Positions 38,540 to 50,439 of a DNA stretch of 64,000 nucleotides are shown one piece after another. Under the pieces are notes generated by a model. That model saw only the letters and a list, made by a program, of their open reading frames with translations. It was not told the DNA's origin and made no database searches. Source of the DNA: Azolla caroliniana (lineage: Eukaryota > Plantae > Polypodiophyta); contig JBHGNT010000009.1 of the NCBI GenBank assembly GCA_043228905.1, forward strand, positions 124,001 through 188,000, read 5' to 3'. Every line of letters begins with the position of its first letter. The first letter of the stretch is position 1. Position numbers and translations under genes: made by a program.

Positions 38540-41500
38540 AAATGGCTGTTTCTTCCCAACCGATATTCTTCCCAAGGAGAAGTATTCCTTCTAGGAGACT
38601 TTAATGCGAGAACCCAATCCCGACAATGCACAATATTTCAAATGAATAGAAACCTAGAAATGGTAAATGTCGATCCTTTAGACATAGACACCACACGTAG
38701 ATCAAAGGATCAAGGTTCGGACGCCACGAGCTTTGGCCATCATTTGCTCGAACTTGGCAGTCGGCACTAGATGGTCATATATAATGGTTTAGCCAAGTGG
38801 CCAGGTTTGGAAGAGCTCACATGTTTCCCACATGGAGGAGGGGAAAGCACAATTGATTATCTAATAGGACGCCCTGAAGCTACCCACATGATTAACTCCT
38901 TCCGAGTGGCCCCATGTCCTATTGGCGCGGACCATAGTTTCTTATACTTCGAGCTAAAATGCGATATCTCTAACGTCACCAACTCTAGTCAACCACGCCA
39001 TGACATCACAATACATTTCACACATGAGCTCTCTGACATATATGCTCGACATGTTCAAGCCCATCTCTCCTCCCTTGATCCCTCCCTACCTTTAGAGAGC
39101 CTTAGTACAAAACTCACACACATCCTTCACTCTGCAGCAGTTAGCAGTTTCCCATACACGAAACACTCCAATCAAGGTAAAGTAGGATCTATGCCACAAA
39201 ATAGATGGTATGATGAGGATTGTAGGTGCTTACATAGACAACTTACAATATCGCAACTCAGTGGTAGTATTACCTCAGTACAAGCTCGTAAAGAAATGCG
39301 CAAGATGACACATCGTAAGAGATGAGCATGGGAGGCATCCCAATATTGGGAACTCTACCATATGCTCATGAGTAGCGATTGTGCCACTGCATGGAAGAGA
39401 TTACGGGAACCAAGACCACAAACACCCATCGAAGATCCCGAAACTTGGCACACTTATACAAAGAGACTTTACCAAATCCCAAACCAACCACCCATTCCAA
39501 TGCCTTCTACGCCCCGACCTACTGTGGGGACACTCTTCACGACCTCTAGGGTCACGAAGGTCATAAAGAAATTACAACATAGGAAGTCCATGGACCACAC
39601 AGGATTGCGAGCAGAACACATCATATATGCGAGAGAGTGCCTAGCTCCCTTGCTAACTCTAATCTTCAATCGTGCCCTCGCAGAGGGTTTTCCACCACAA
39701 TGGACCATGAACACAGTGGCCCCCATACATAAAGGGGGGGGGGGGGGGACCCCATGGACCCAAATACTTATAGGACCATTATGATAGGTCATACCCTTGC
39801 TAAATTATATGGTGCAGTAATGGAGGCAAAGCTTAGTGATTATATGGAGACCTTAAATCTTCGTGCACATGAACAGGCTGGCTTTAGACGAGCCTTCTCC
39901 ACAATTGATCATATCTTCACACTTAGATGCTTAATTGACTAGACTAAGGCTCGCAAGAAGAAACTATATTGTTGTTTTGTGGACTTCCGCAAAGCCTTTG
40001 ACACGGTCCCTAGAGAGCGGTTGTTTGATAGGCTTAAGAGCTTGAGGATACCAGATGATGACATGGTTTGGGCCATCTACGCACTATATGAACAAGTGTC
40101 CGGGTGTGTTCGATGCCCAAGTGGCATATCCGATAGTTTCACTAGCACTATTGGTGTAAAACAAGGTTGCCCCTTATCTCTGACTCTTTTTGGGATCTAC
40201 ATTGATAAGATCATAGATTTTATTGCTCGTAAGGGAGGCAATGGAGTAGTCCTTAAGGATACGTAGGTGTGTATCTTGCTCTATGCAAACAACATAGTTT
40301 TGCTCTCTAAATCCGAACACTACCTACAAAGGCACCTTAATGCCTTAGATGAATTTTGCACACAACGAGGATTGGTAGTGAATCTAGGGAAAACTAAAGT
40401 CCTTATCTTCCACACGTTGGCCCAAGTTAGAGCTAAGTGTCACCCAACTATCTCCCATAGCCCAGTTGAGGTGGTTGGATCATATGTCTATCTCGGAGTC
40501 ACTTTCAATGCCCGCTCAGGTAAATTTTCAATGACACAAGTAGCGAAGGATAGACTTACAAGAGGACATGCATCCCTCTCACTCCTCGAGAGACAATGCC
40601 ACCAAGCATACTTCCAAGAGCCACGAACTAAAGGGTGGCTCTTTGACTCATTAATGACTCCCTCTCTCATGTATGCATCAACGGTTTGGGCGCAGGACTA
40701 CCATCTTTCATGTGAACGCAATTAGAGAGACCATTGGTGATGATGTTATCACGCCAACTCCGAAGCAAATCGTCGGTCCCACATGACATTATTAGGGCTG
40801 AGTTCACTCTACCCCCTATGTTAGTAGAAGCACTTTTTCAACTTGTAGTCTTTATCCACAAGATACATAACCAACCACTTGATAGAATATCCCATCAAGC
40901 CTTTAAGGCTTCTCGAGCATTGTATGAGTCCGGCTATACTAGCTCATGGTATGGTATGATGGTGAGTTGGCTTCTTGCCAACGGTCTAGACATTAATAAC
41001 CTCCCCCCGCTTAAGTACGACCACACGACTGATAACACTTTAATCTCTCATGAGGAACGTAATAAAGTAATACGCCAAGAAATATGGCAAATTTATACTC
41101 GGTATAAATGGATCACCCCACTAGAGCCACTCTCATCTAAAATGCCGTACTATAAGGAACACTTTATGCACTTCTCTAAGTTAGGTTTTATCACGCGACC
41201 AAGATATTTAGATGTATTCTTACCACGTGCACTAAGGGTTGCCATCGGTCAACTTAGAATATCATCTCACCAACTTGAGATTGGGAATGGACATACTAAT
41301 GGAGTCCCTAGGGAGGAAAGGATATGTAGGTTATGACACATAGAGATAGAGGATGAGTACCATTTTACATGCAAATGCCCCACCTATGCCGAGATAAGGG
41401 CAAAATACCAAGACATACTTGATTCCTCTCCCACCCTTCCTAAACTATTAGATACACTAGATATAAAGAAATTAGGTAGATACATCTTAGAATTGAAACA

Positions 41501-42012
41501 ACACAGAGAGAATAAGTTACAAAACGTTGATAATAATGTTGCTAATGTTTACCAACATGTAACAAATGAAGTTTTTCAGGAACAAGGGGGAGACAAGGAA
41601 TGTCGACACACCTGCACCACTCGGGCTTTTCCTTGATGAAGCAGAAAATCAAAGAACCAAACGCCCTTGGATGCCGGGTTTCAAAGCAACTCGACGAGAT
41701 GTAGAAGCAATAAAGAAAATAAGGGAACGTGAACTACACCACCTAGAAGCCATGGCTAGGGCACTCTATGCATCGGGACCATGGGTCACACCCACACCAA
41801 AAACTTTTGACCTCCCACTTCTTTTTGAGAGACGTGGGTGGAAATGAGATTAGGCTTAGTGCAAAGTTTTGTACACTACTAGAACTCTCTTAGCTTAAGT
41901 TATTTTCTTTTATTTTAGTTTTGATGATTGGATAAACACTCATTTTTGTTGTAAACCAATTGTCTCATGGGCCAAATTTGGCCTTAGAAGATGTTAATAT
42001 ATCTTTCTTTCT
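38540..42012 (+). mobile_element. 5'-truncated RTEX-like non-LTR retrotransposon (APE + RT + C-terminal Cys/His domain), disrupted
   Basis: Motifs LLGDFNART, STIDY..DH, WYDEDC, YRTIMI, EQAGFR..STIDHIFTL, DFRKAFDTV, GVKQGCPLS, LLYA(NN), and LRISSHQLEI..PREERICRL..EDEYHF..CP.Y. The tail is (TCTT)n-like at about 42000. LINE identity is secure; clade assignment is from motif recall only. Confidence 0.88.
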
Positions 42013-43049
42013 AATTACAGGAGACATTTTACCGAAATACCCTTTGTAGTTTCGTTTATTTACACAAAGTAGCCCTTTGGGCTTCTTTCTCCTATACCTA
42101 CTACATATATATGTATTCAGTATAGTTATACACATAAACCCTCTTTGAATACCACAATGGTGTTCATAGTTGGATGGCATCGTGGGTGATCTACTTACGT
42201 ACTTCGCATGTGGAAACAACCGCTCGATTGAATGCCATTGATGCTCTTCGAAGTCATGTACGTAATTTCACATCTCCCTTAAGTTTGAGGCATCATGCAA
42301 GCGGACGAGTAACCTATGTCCATGCAAGAATCGACATATCAGATTGTTTGGTTGCATCGCGTGCTCCATAGGAGGGCATTTTCACCCTACTTCTTCTTGA
42401 TCGTATTTCATTATACTATGATGATATCCGGCTATCTCCTCAAAGAGAAAGTTGAGGCTCTTTGAAAGCTTTATATAATGTGGCATCTATGGTGAAATCA
42501 AGACGTACAGATGAAATGTAGTCAGTTGATTATTAGACTATGGGCATCAACATCACAACCTCCAAGCAAGTCATGTGGCTATAAGACAGTGTAGATTGTG
42601 TGGTTATATTGTATAGTTTCATTTTCAGGGGGAAATGGAGTCCATGCTCACCAATAGATTCTCTATTTTTGGGAAATAACATAGTTCATGCCCAAGCATT
42701 CCCTCCTTTTTTTAGGAAAAGCAGAAAAGCTCATGCTTATTATCATATGTCTTGTTGCCCCTTTCAATTACAAGTTTTTTTGTAATGGAGGATAGAATTC
42801 CACAATAGCAAGAACATAGATGGCAAGCATATGCATCTAGGAAAGCAAATCAAAAGGCATAGCAAGCAACGACCTATGGGACTATAAGTGCTTCACAATT
42901 GAAAGTAATGTTTTGGAATTGTAGAGGATATCCATGGAATAAGGGTTTTCTCGTGGGGTGAAGTATTATGGGGTGTCCTTCATGGAGATGTTATGAAGTA
43001 TGAAAGTATGCATGCTTCTCATGTTTTTTACTTTTCCAATGGGTACATT

Positions 43050-46000
43050 TATCTCACTTCATAAAATTTGGTTATTTGGCGTACTATTACATCATTAGCT
43101 CTTTGAACAATATGGAAAATGAGATGTGAGGCCGTTTTTAATAATGCTCACATACATCTCAGTACTATGCTTATTGATGTAGCTCAAGGTATGGATATTA
43201 TAGTTTTGGTTGAAACATGGGAGCATGAGGCAAAACGTATACCTAAGATAGACGGTTAGCTCATAAAATCGATATGGCCTCACTCTAAAGGGAATATTAG
43301 GTGTGCTAGGATAGCATGTATCTACCATGAGAGCTTAGATAATTCTATCAAAGTATGCAAATATGATGACTATAAGAGATACATATGGATGAAGGTTAAT
43401 TTGGGGAAAGAGAAGTTGTATATAGTTGCATGTTACATTCCACTCAAACTACTATAGTAGGTCTAGGTTAGATTGTGATGATCCTTTTATAGAATTATGC
43501 CATGATATACTTTCATTTGAGAAGTTTGGTAAAGTTTTAATTATGGGAGACTTCAATGCAAGAGTTGGAAAATTCCAAAATGTGGAGACATTTGAAGAAA
43601 ATGTAGTAGAGCATTGTCTATTGTGTGACTTAGAAGATTGTGTCGTGTCAGATTATGGAAAACTTTTGATACATATGTTAAATTGCATAAACTTGATTAT
43701 CCTAAATGGTATAAATGCATTCCCATTGACAAACGTGCTCACATGTTTACCATCCTCGGGTGGAGGAAGTGTGGTTGATTATGCATTAATTTTGGCATGT
43801 GATCTATCATTGGTGAATGTGTTGGTTCTCTATCTCCAAACTCGGACCACAAGCCATTGTACTTACAGGTTGCAATTCCACATTTCACCAATAGATGCCA
43901 TGAAGTGAAAGATGAAAAGAGATGTATCATCTGACCTTGCTACGAAAAAACTAAGATGTATGGAAATGAAGTGAAGAACCATTTGCTAAATTTTTCTCTA
44001 AGCAATGATGTTAAAGAAAATTGGCAACATTTGAAGGATATCATCCTTAAGGTTGGGTATCAATACTTTACGAGGCATGTGGGTGGGCAAAAGATGTGTA
44101 GTTTTCCATGTAATTCTTGGTTCGATGATGAATGTAAGATGTATCTCAAATGGTTTAAGTCCATAGAGGGGGGAAATGAAAAGATTGTTGCATGGCACCT
44201 ATATAAGAAAGTAGCAAGGAGAAAGAAGAGAAGATATTTCCAAATGCAATAGATGAAAAATAAAAACTTGTTTAAGCTCAAACCAAAATTACCATGGGGA
44301 CAACTCAAGGGTAAGAAATAAGATGTGAAAGGCCACTTTACAAATGAAAAGATGTTAGACTATGTACAAAGGCTATATATGCATGAAGGTGTGGCTCCTA
44401 TGGTTGAGAAAATTGAAACACCGTGCACTACATGTATCAATATTGATGATGTCAATAAGGGAATAAAGAAGATGGCAAGTGGGAAAGCAGCAGATGCAAC
44501 CTACGTCTCAAATGAGCTTTTAAAATGGACAATGCCACATACTCGTCATTGGATAATGACAATTATAGAGCAAGGTGTAAAACAAGGATTTCCAAATGAT
44601 TGGGTTATGAATTGGATTAAACCAATATTTAAAGCCGGAGATAAGAATCAAGTATCAAATCATCGTACAATAATGGTGTGCTCAACTATTGCTAAATTAT
44701 ATAGCACTATTATGGAGCAAAAGATAAACACGTGGGCCAAAAAGTACAAGCAAAAGAGCACTTGGGCAAGCAGGATTTAGACCAAAACACTCCACTATGG
44801 ATCATTTGGTCACATTGAGAGTAATCATGGAAGAGAGTCGACTACAAGGAAAAACACTTTATTGTTGTTTTGTTGATTTTAAGAAAGCTTTTGATACCAT
44901 ACCATGAAGTGAGCTTTGAAATAGAATGGTAGAGATAGACATGCCATTAGAGTACCGAGTTGTTGTTGCACTCCTATATGAACAAGTTAAATGCCAACTA
45001 AAAATGGATAGTGGATTCTCAAAGCACTTTTTAAGTAACATGGGGGTCAAGCAAGGATATCCACTATCACCCACACTCTTTGGCTTATGTATTGATAAAT
45101 TAGAAGAAGTGGCGAATAAGGTTGCAAGAGAAGAAGGATTGAATGCCCCCAAATTGATGCAACATGTTATCTTATTGCTTCTATATGCAGATGATGTGGT
45201 ACTCTTCTCATATGATGTTGATAGTATGCAAAATTTACTTGGGGTATTAGAACAATTTTGCCATAGTAGTGGACTAGCAGTGAATGTGGAGAAAACAAAA
45301 ATGATGGTAGTGCAAACCATCCAACCTCATCATTACCCTATGCTCACATATAGAGGTGAACATATACAATTTGTTCGAAGCTTTAAATATCTTGGTATTG
45401 ATGTACCCGCCACAAATAAATGGAGTGCATGCTTTGATTCTAGGCTCCAAGCTGGTTGGAAATCATATTACCTTTTGGAGAACCAATGCAACCAAAGTAT
45501 TGCTTTATGGAGTAGAAGTATGGGGTGACACCATCTCTCTTAATGCATGGAATGAGATTCAAAAAATTCAAAAGATGTTTTTAAGGAGGCAATTAGGAGT
45601 TAAATGCACTACCTCTTACTAGGTTATGCTCTTGGAAACAAGTGTTTGACCCATAGAACTTTTGGCACTCCAAAGAGTATATAAAGACATTACAAAAATC
45701 AAGAATATGTTGAACCATCGATTGCCACATATTGCTTGGAATGGCTACAAAAGAATCATAAAAGTAAGATTCTCTCATCCGCTTGGGTTGTTGACATAAG
45801 GAAATGGTTTTGGATGATCTTTTAGAACTTTCAGGCAATGGTATGCAATATGTAATGATTGAGGAAAGGTTGGTGGAATCATTAAGGATGACGTGGGAAG
45901 ATGCTAAGAGGACAAAGCTAGAATACTACATTACAAATGTCAACCCTGAATGTTGGTCTCAATATAAAGCAAGAATGCCTATTGATTGTATCCAACCTTA

Positions 46001-46432
46001 TCTCATTACCAATATGAGTAGTAATGCTTGTAGATCCCTTACACTACTTTGCACTCGATCTCACAAGTTAGGTATTGAAGTTGCATCATGATATCAAAAT
46101 GTAACTAATTTGAAGACATGCAAAGTATGCAATGAAGTCATGGTAGAATTTGAATGTCAATTGCTCTTCACATGCTCGACATATAGTGCAATTCGTTCAA
46201 GATATGTTGACATACTAAGAGGGAGTGATAACTTAAGTGCCATACTTAAGACACCACGGAGAAGGTTGAGCTCATATGTGTATGCTTTATTCACACATAG
46301 AGACTTTGTGCTTCAATGTATGAATACCCCTTCTTAGGAAGGAGACACATATCAAGAACACATGCATACTTTGGTCCTATAGGTCAAAATTGGCCTCTTT
46401 ATGGACAATAAAAAGTCTAATTCTAAATTCTA
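43050..46432 (+). mobile_element. Second, divergent RTEX-like non-LTR retrotransposon, heavily disrupted
   Basis: Motifs [80 protein letters not shown]. The 3' end has AATAAA at 46407 followed by (TTCTAA)-like repeats. The 5' boundary is approximate. Confidence 0.88.
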
Positions 46433-47089
46433 ATTATTGTATTCCGCTCAACTAATTCCTCTTACATGATCCCCCTCTCCTTCTCATTTAGCTCTTTTGC
46501 TCATCTCCTCATCCTCTTGTTAGATCTTGAGACATTCATGATAACTTGATCTACTTTATCCCCACACAACCAAGTTCGACCTAATAACTACCCTAGCATG
46601 TCTTAGCCTATTAATGGCCTCTCCATAACATCAAAATACGATGCTTCAAGTTTCTATACTTGAGCTCCAACCCACCACATTTATGATGCCACATCGTAGT
46701 CATGTCTTGTCGCACATGTTGTAACCAAAGCTAAGTAGATTGTAACAAAAAATTGATGGGATGCACAAAAATTTGCAAATTCATCAATCATGTCCAAGTC
46801 ATCATCAAACGTCAACATCTATTTACACGTTCGAACTTCAACATCTATTTGCATTACTCAAACGATTCCAAGCACAATCATTATATATCCAAGTCCAGGT
46901 CATCATCAAACTTCAACATCTATTTGCATTACTCAAACTATTCCAAGCAATTGGATCTCCTCGTTATGCACAATCATTGGAGGCAAACATTTTGGCATAT
47001 ATAATATTGTATTCTGATTAATCAAGGAAATGAGTTGAATGTTCAAATAGGTCTAGACAAGCATACACCATATTTAGTGTTAAATATGT

Positions 47090-47500
47090 AATATTTCTTA
47101 GGATTTGCAAATTTCTATTAGATATGTTAATCAAGAACAATTTCAAAGATAATGGTCCCTCTCACACATCTTATACAAAAGAAATCAACTATTTACATGG
47201 ACTTTTGATGCAATCAATATGCTTGACGATTTAATCAAGCTTTTACATCTATTACCATTTCATTGCTTCTTGACTTGAGTAGGCCCTTAATCATGGAAGT
47301 TGATGCTTCTAACATTTCACTTGGAATTGTCTTATTGCACATAATGAGTCCCATGTCAAGGAACTTCTAGCAGTTGAGGATGCTCTTGACGAGAATAAAT
47401 GAAAAGTTCATTAACCACATGTTCTCACACATTGTAAGTTATTGATCATGTATCACACGGGGACACAACAAAGCAAGAGCAAATGCTCTCTCTCAATTCT
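47090..47500 (+). mobile_element. Degenerate Ty3/gypsy RT-RNase H relic
   Basis: FLGFANFY and DLSRPLIMEVDASNISLGIVL match the gypsy RT/RNase H junction consensus (FLGFANFYRRFI; D..RPF.LE.DAS..ALGAVL). Confidence 0.72.
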
Positions 47501-48884
47501 CATCTCTTGTATGTTTTTCAAAAGAGCCTACAGTTGACCATCAGTAAACAAGTCCTTTTGAGTCTTCATCATCCAATGTGTTTCAATCACTGGATTTTGT
47601 CATGACCAAGGCAATGCTAAACATAAAAATGCGATAGCTTATAGTGAATAACATGTTTTATAGTTCTACCTATTGTTCAAAAAGTGACTTGTATGAGTAA
47701 ACAAAGTTAATAGGTAACCTATTTTATGTAGAAAGTTGCAAGGTGACACAAAATCATGACCTACCTTACTTGGTTGTATGAAAAAGAGGCTTTTGTCTAA
47801 ATCTAATCACGTATTCCTCATCATTGCTTTTGCTTTTATTTCTTTTTTGTGTTCTATTATCTGTTGATTGTATTGTGCATTAGACAATGACATTGTTTGC
47901 TATCCACAATAGATACAATCATTCTTCATTCAATCAATTCAAATATACGTATAGGTGCTTTTGCACAAAACATCTTAGATCGTATTGTTCCATAGCACAC
48001 ATCTTGCTTGAGATCTAGTCACTTGTATGCAATATGATTCATTCAATTGCCAAGATGGTTGCTCATTTGAGTCAATAGTTTGTACATTCCTAATAAAACC
48101 TTCTTCTGTTCGAATATGTAGTATTGAAGCGACCCACAAATATTGTATAAATAGCTTAATAATAATCTTCTAAGGAGAAGACCGACAAAAAAACATGGCT
48201 TTAAATCTCAAGAATGAACATAATGCTAAAAAATGCACATAAATGACCGTTATAGTATTTTACAATGCATTAACCCTTGCATTGGGATTACTTAAATCTA
48301 TATGTCTCTCTCCTAGGGCATACCATGTTAGTTTCAGCGACACTAAAACATATGGTGAGTACCTAACAGATTGCCCAAGGTCAACCCCCCAATGGGGATC
48401 AATTTGTGGAACACACTTTGTGCACATACAAGGGCATCATCTCCAAAAAATACACCTTCAATTCAATTATAAGGATTGGTACACATATAAAGATACAATT
48501 CTGACATCACACCATTTTGACAATCTTCAAGAGCATCAAAGAGGTCTTGTTCAAGAGGAAATCACGTGTCTGGAGGAGGAGCTTATATCGATCGATTGAT
48601 CGCTCGCCATCCATGAAGACAAGAACTAAATGTGTAAAGAGTTTTGATTATTTTTTTTTGCGTCATTGTAACCGGTTTCATTCCTGATGACAACAGAGGA
48701 TTGTGTCCGGACACAATGTAGAGGCATAGTGTGAAATGAACAACACCTCAGATAAGCTCCAAACCGGATAGAGAACGTTTCTGAGAGAGAGAGAGAGAGA
48801 GAGAAGGTGGGGGTAGGAGAAACAGAGGCGCAGAGCTCTGTTTGTAGGGTCAGAAAACAGAGAGAACATAGTAGGTAGATTGAG

Positions 48885-50439
48885 ATGGCAATGCATTGTC
48901 TATGCGAGAATCCTTTTCTTTTGAATTCTCTCTCTTTCCCATCCCTGGGGATCAGACATGGCAATCGCAGATCCTTCATCTCTGTAAAGGCCATTTCATC
49001 ATCACAACCACCGCCAGCATCTTCTTTTTCTAGGTCGAAGTTCTCTGTTTCTGCAGTCGCAGAAGCATCAGAGGTTAAAGCTGTAGCTCCCCTTGCACCA
49101 GAAGGTCTCATCATGAATCTCAAAGTAAGTCATTTATCAGTTCTTATGCTCTATGCAGTGTTTTTTTCTCTCCTGTGTGTGTGGATGATGAACATATGGA
49201 TATTGTGAGATTCGGAGATATTATACATGATTCTTTCTGTAGACAGCATATATGTGGTATTTTTCTTGTTAAATTTTGAATAACAAATATGTTGCTCTTG
49301 ATTTATTTTGGTCATGTTTTGAATCCGCATTTTGATATTTTTATCTTGAAATTTGACAGCAAAATGTTGTATCTTTGTTATTACAAGATTTTGTTGTAGT
49401 CAGCGTGAAGAGGTATATAATGCATGGAAAACTGTATGCTGCAAGGATAGGATCACACAACCTTGCATATCATTAAAGAGAATATGCTATTGATTCTTCT
49501 CTATAATCCTTAATTATATGGTACAAAGCGGATTGTATTGTGCAACAATTATGCTTTATCATTCAAGTGGATGAATCAATGTAATATAAAAAGAATAAAC
49601 AATCCAGGAAGGTTTGCACCAATACATGTAATATCCTTTCCTTTAAAGGACATGGTCTTGGTCCTTCATTTGGAGTCTATTATATATATGTGGAATTGCA
49701 TATGGAACAACAAGGGATGTGTTGATTCATATATGATCAGTTTTTGTGTTTTCACAGGTAGAAGGAACTCTCAATGATTCATTGATTCCCAAGGTTACTG
49801 AAGCATTGAAGGTAATTCTTATTATGTGCATATTGCTCAATGTGGCATAGAAGTTGTCCATGGAAGGTAAGCTTAATCATCTGTACTTTCTGATTCATTC
49901 CTATGCAGAAAATGCAAGGTATATCGAATCTCAAAGTCTACTCATCTGAAGGTGTTGCAACAGTAGAGGTGAGTGTGCTCATCATGTTTTGGGTCATGAA
50001 TATAATGTTTTGGAAATTTACTAGACTACCAGATGCATCGTAAAACAATTACATCAGAAATACTCCCTATTTAGAAGCAAATTTTACACTATTAAGGGGT
50101 GTTCTGTCAGTTTGTATTCAAAAACTTAAGGGTATGCTGGTAAAAACCCACCAAGTTAGGGATGTATTCATAGTTTTTCCCTTTTTATGAATGCAAATGC
50201 AAATTTTCATGGCATTTAGTCTTTGTGTCAGTGGCTTGCTTAGTCATATGTTGTGTGTCTTTTGTTGGAAATATTTGTAGTTGTTGAAGCAAACAAACAT
50301 CCAGGCGACAGGTGAGGCGTCGTCTCTGTTGGAGACAATGCAAGGGGAAGGGTTTAAATTGCAGAATCTGAGCATATGTTTTGATGATCCTGGTGCGGAT
50401 GGTGATGATGATATTGCTTATGAATATGAGACATCATGA
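48885..50439 (+). CDS. Plastid-targeted heavy-metal-associated (HMA)-fold protein, At5g14910-like, 4 exons
   Basis: Phase-0 exons 48885-49124, 49758-49811, 49909-49968 and 50281-50439 give a Ser-rich transit peptide followed by VEGTLNDSLIPKVTEALK|KMQGISNLKVYSSEGVATVE|LLKQTNIQATGEASSLLETMQGEGFKLQNLSICFDD, matching the conserved plant family as I recall it. Confidence 0.88.

Noticed and set aside
50090-50181. Mutator-like terminal sequence in intron 3 of the HMA-like gene (..TTAGGGATGTATTCATAGTTTTTCCC)
   Set aside because: Only one end is visible, with no matching TIR or TSD.
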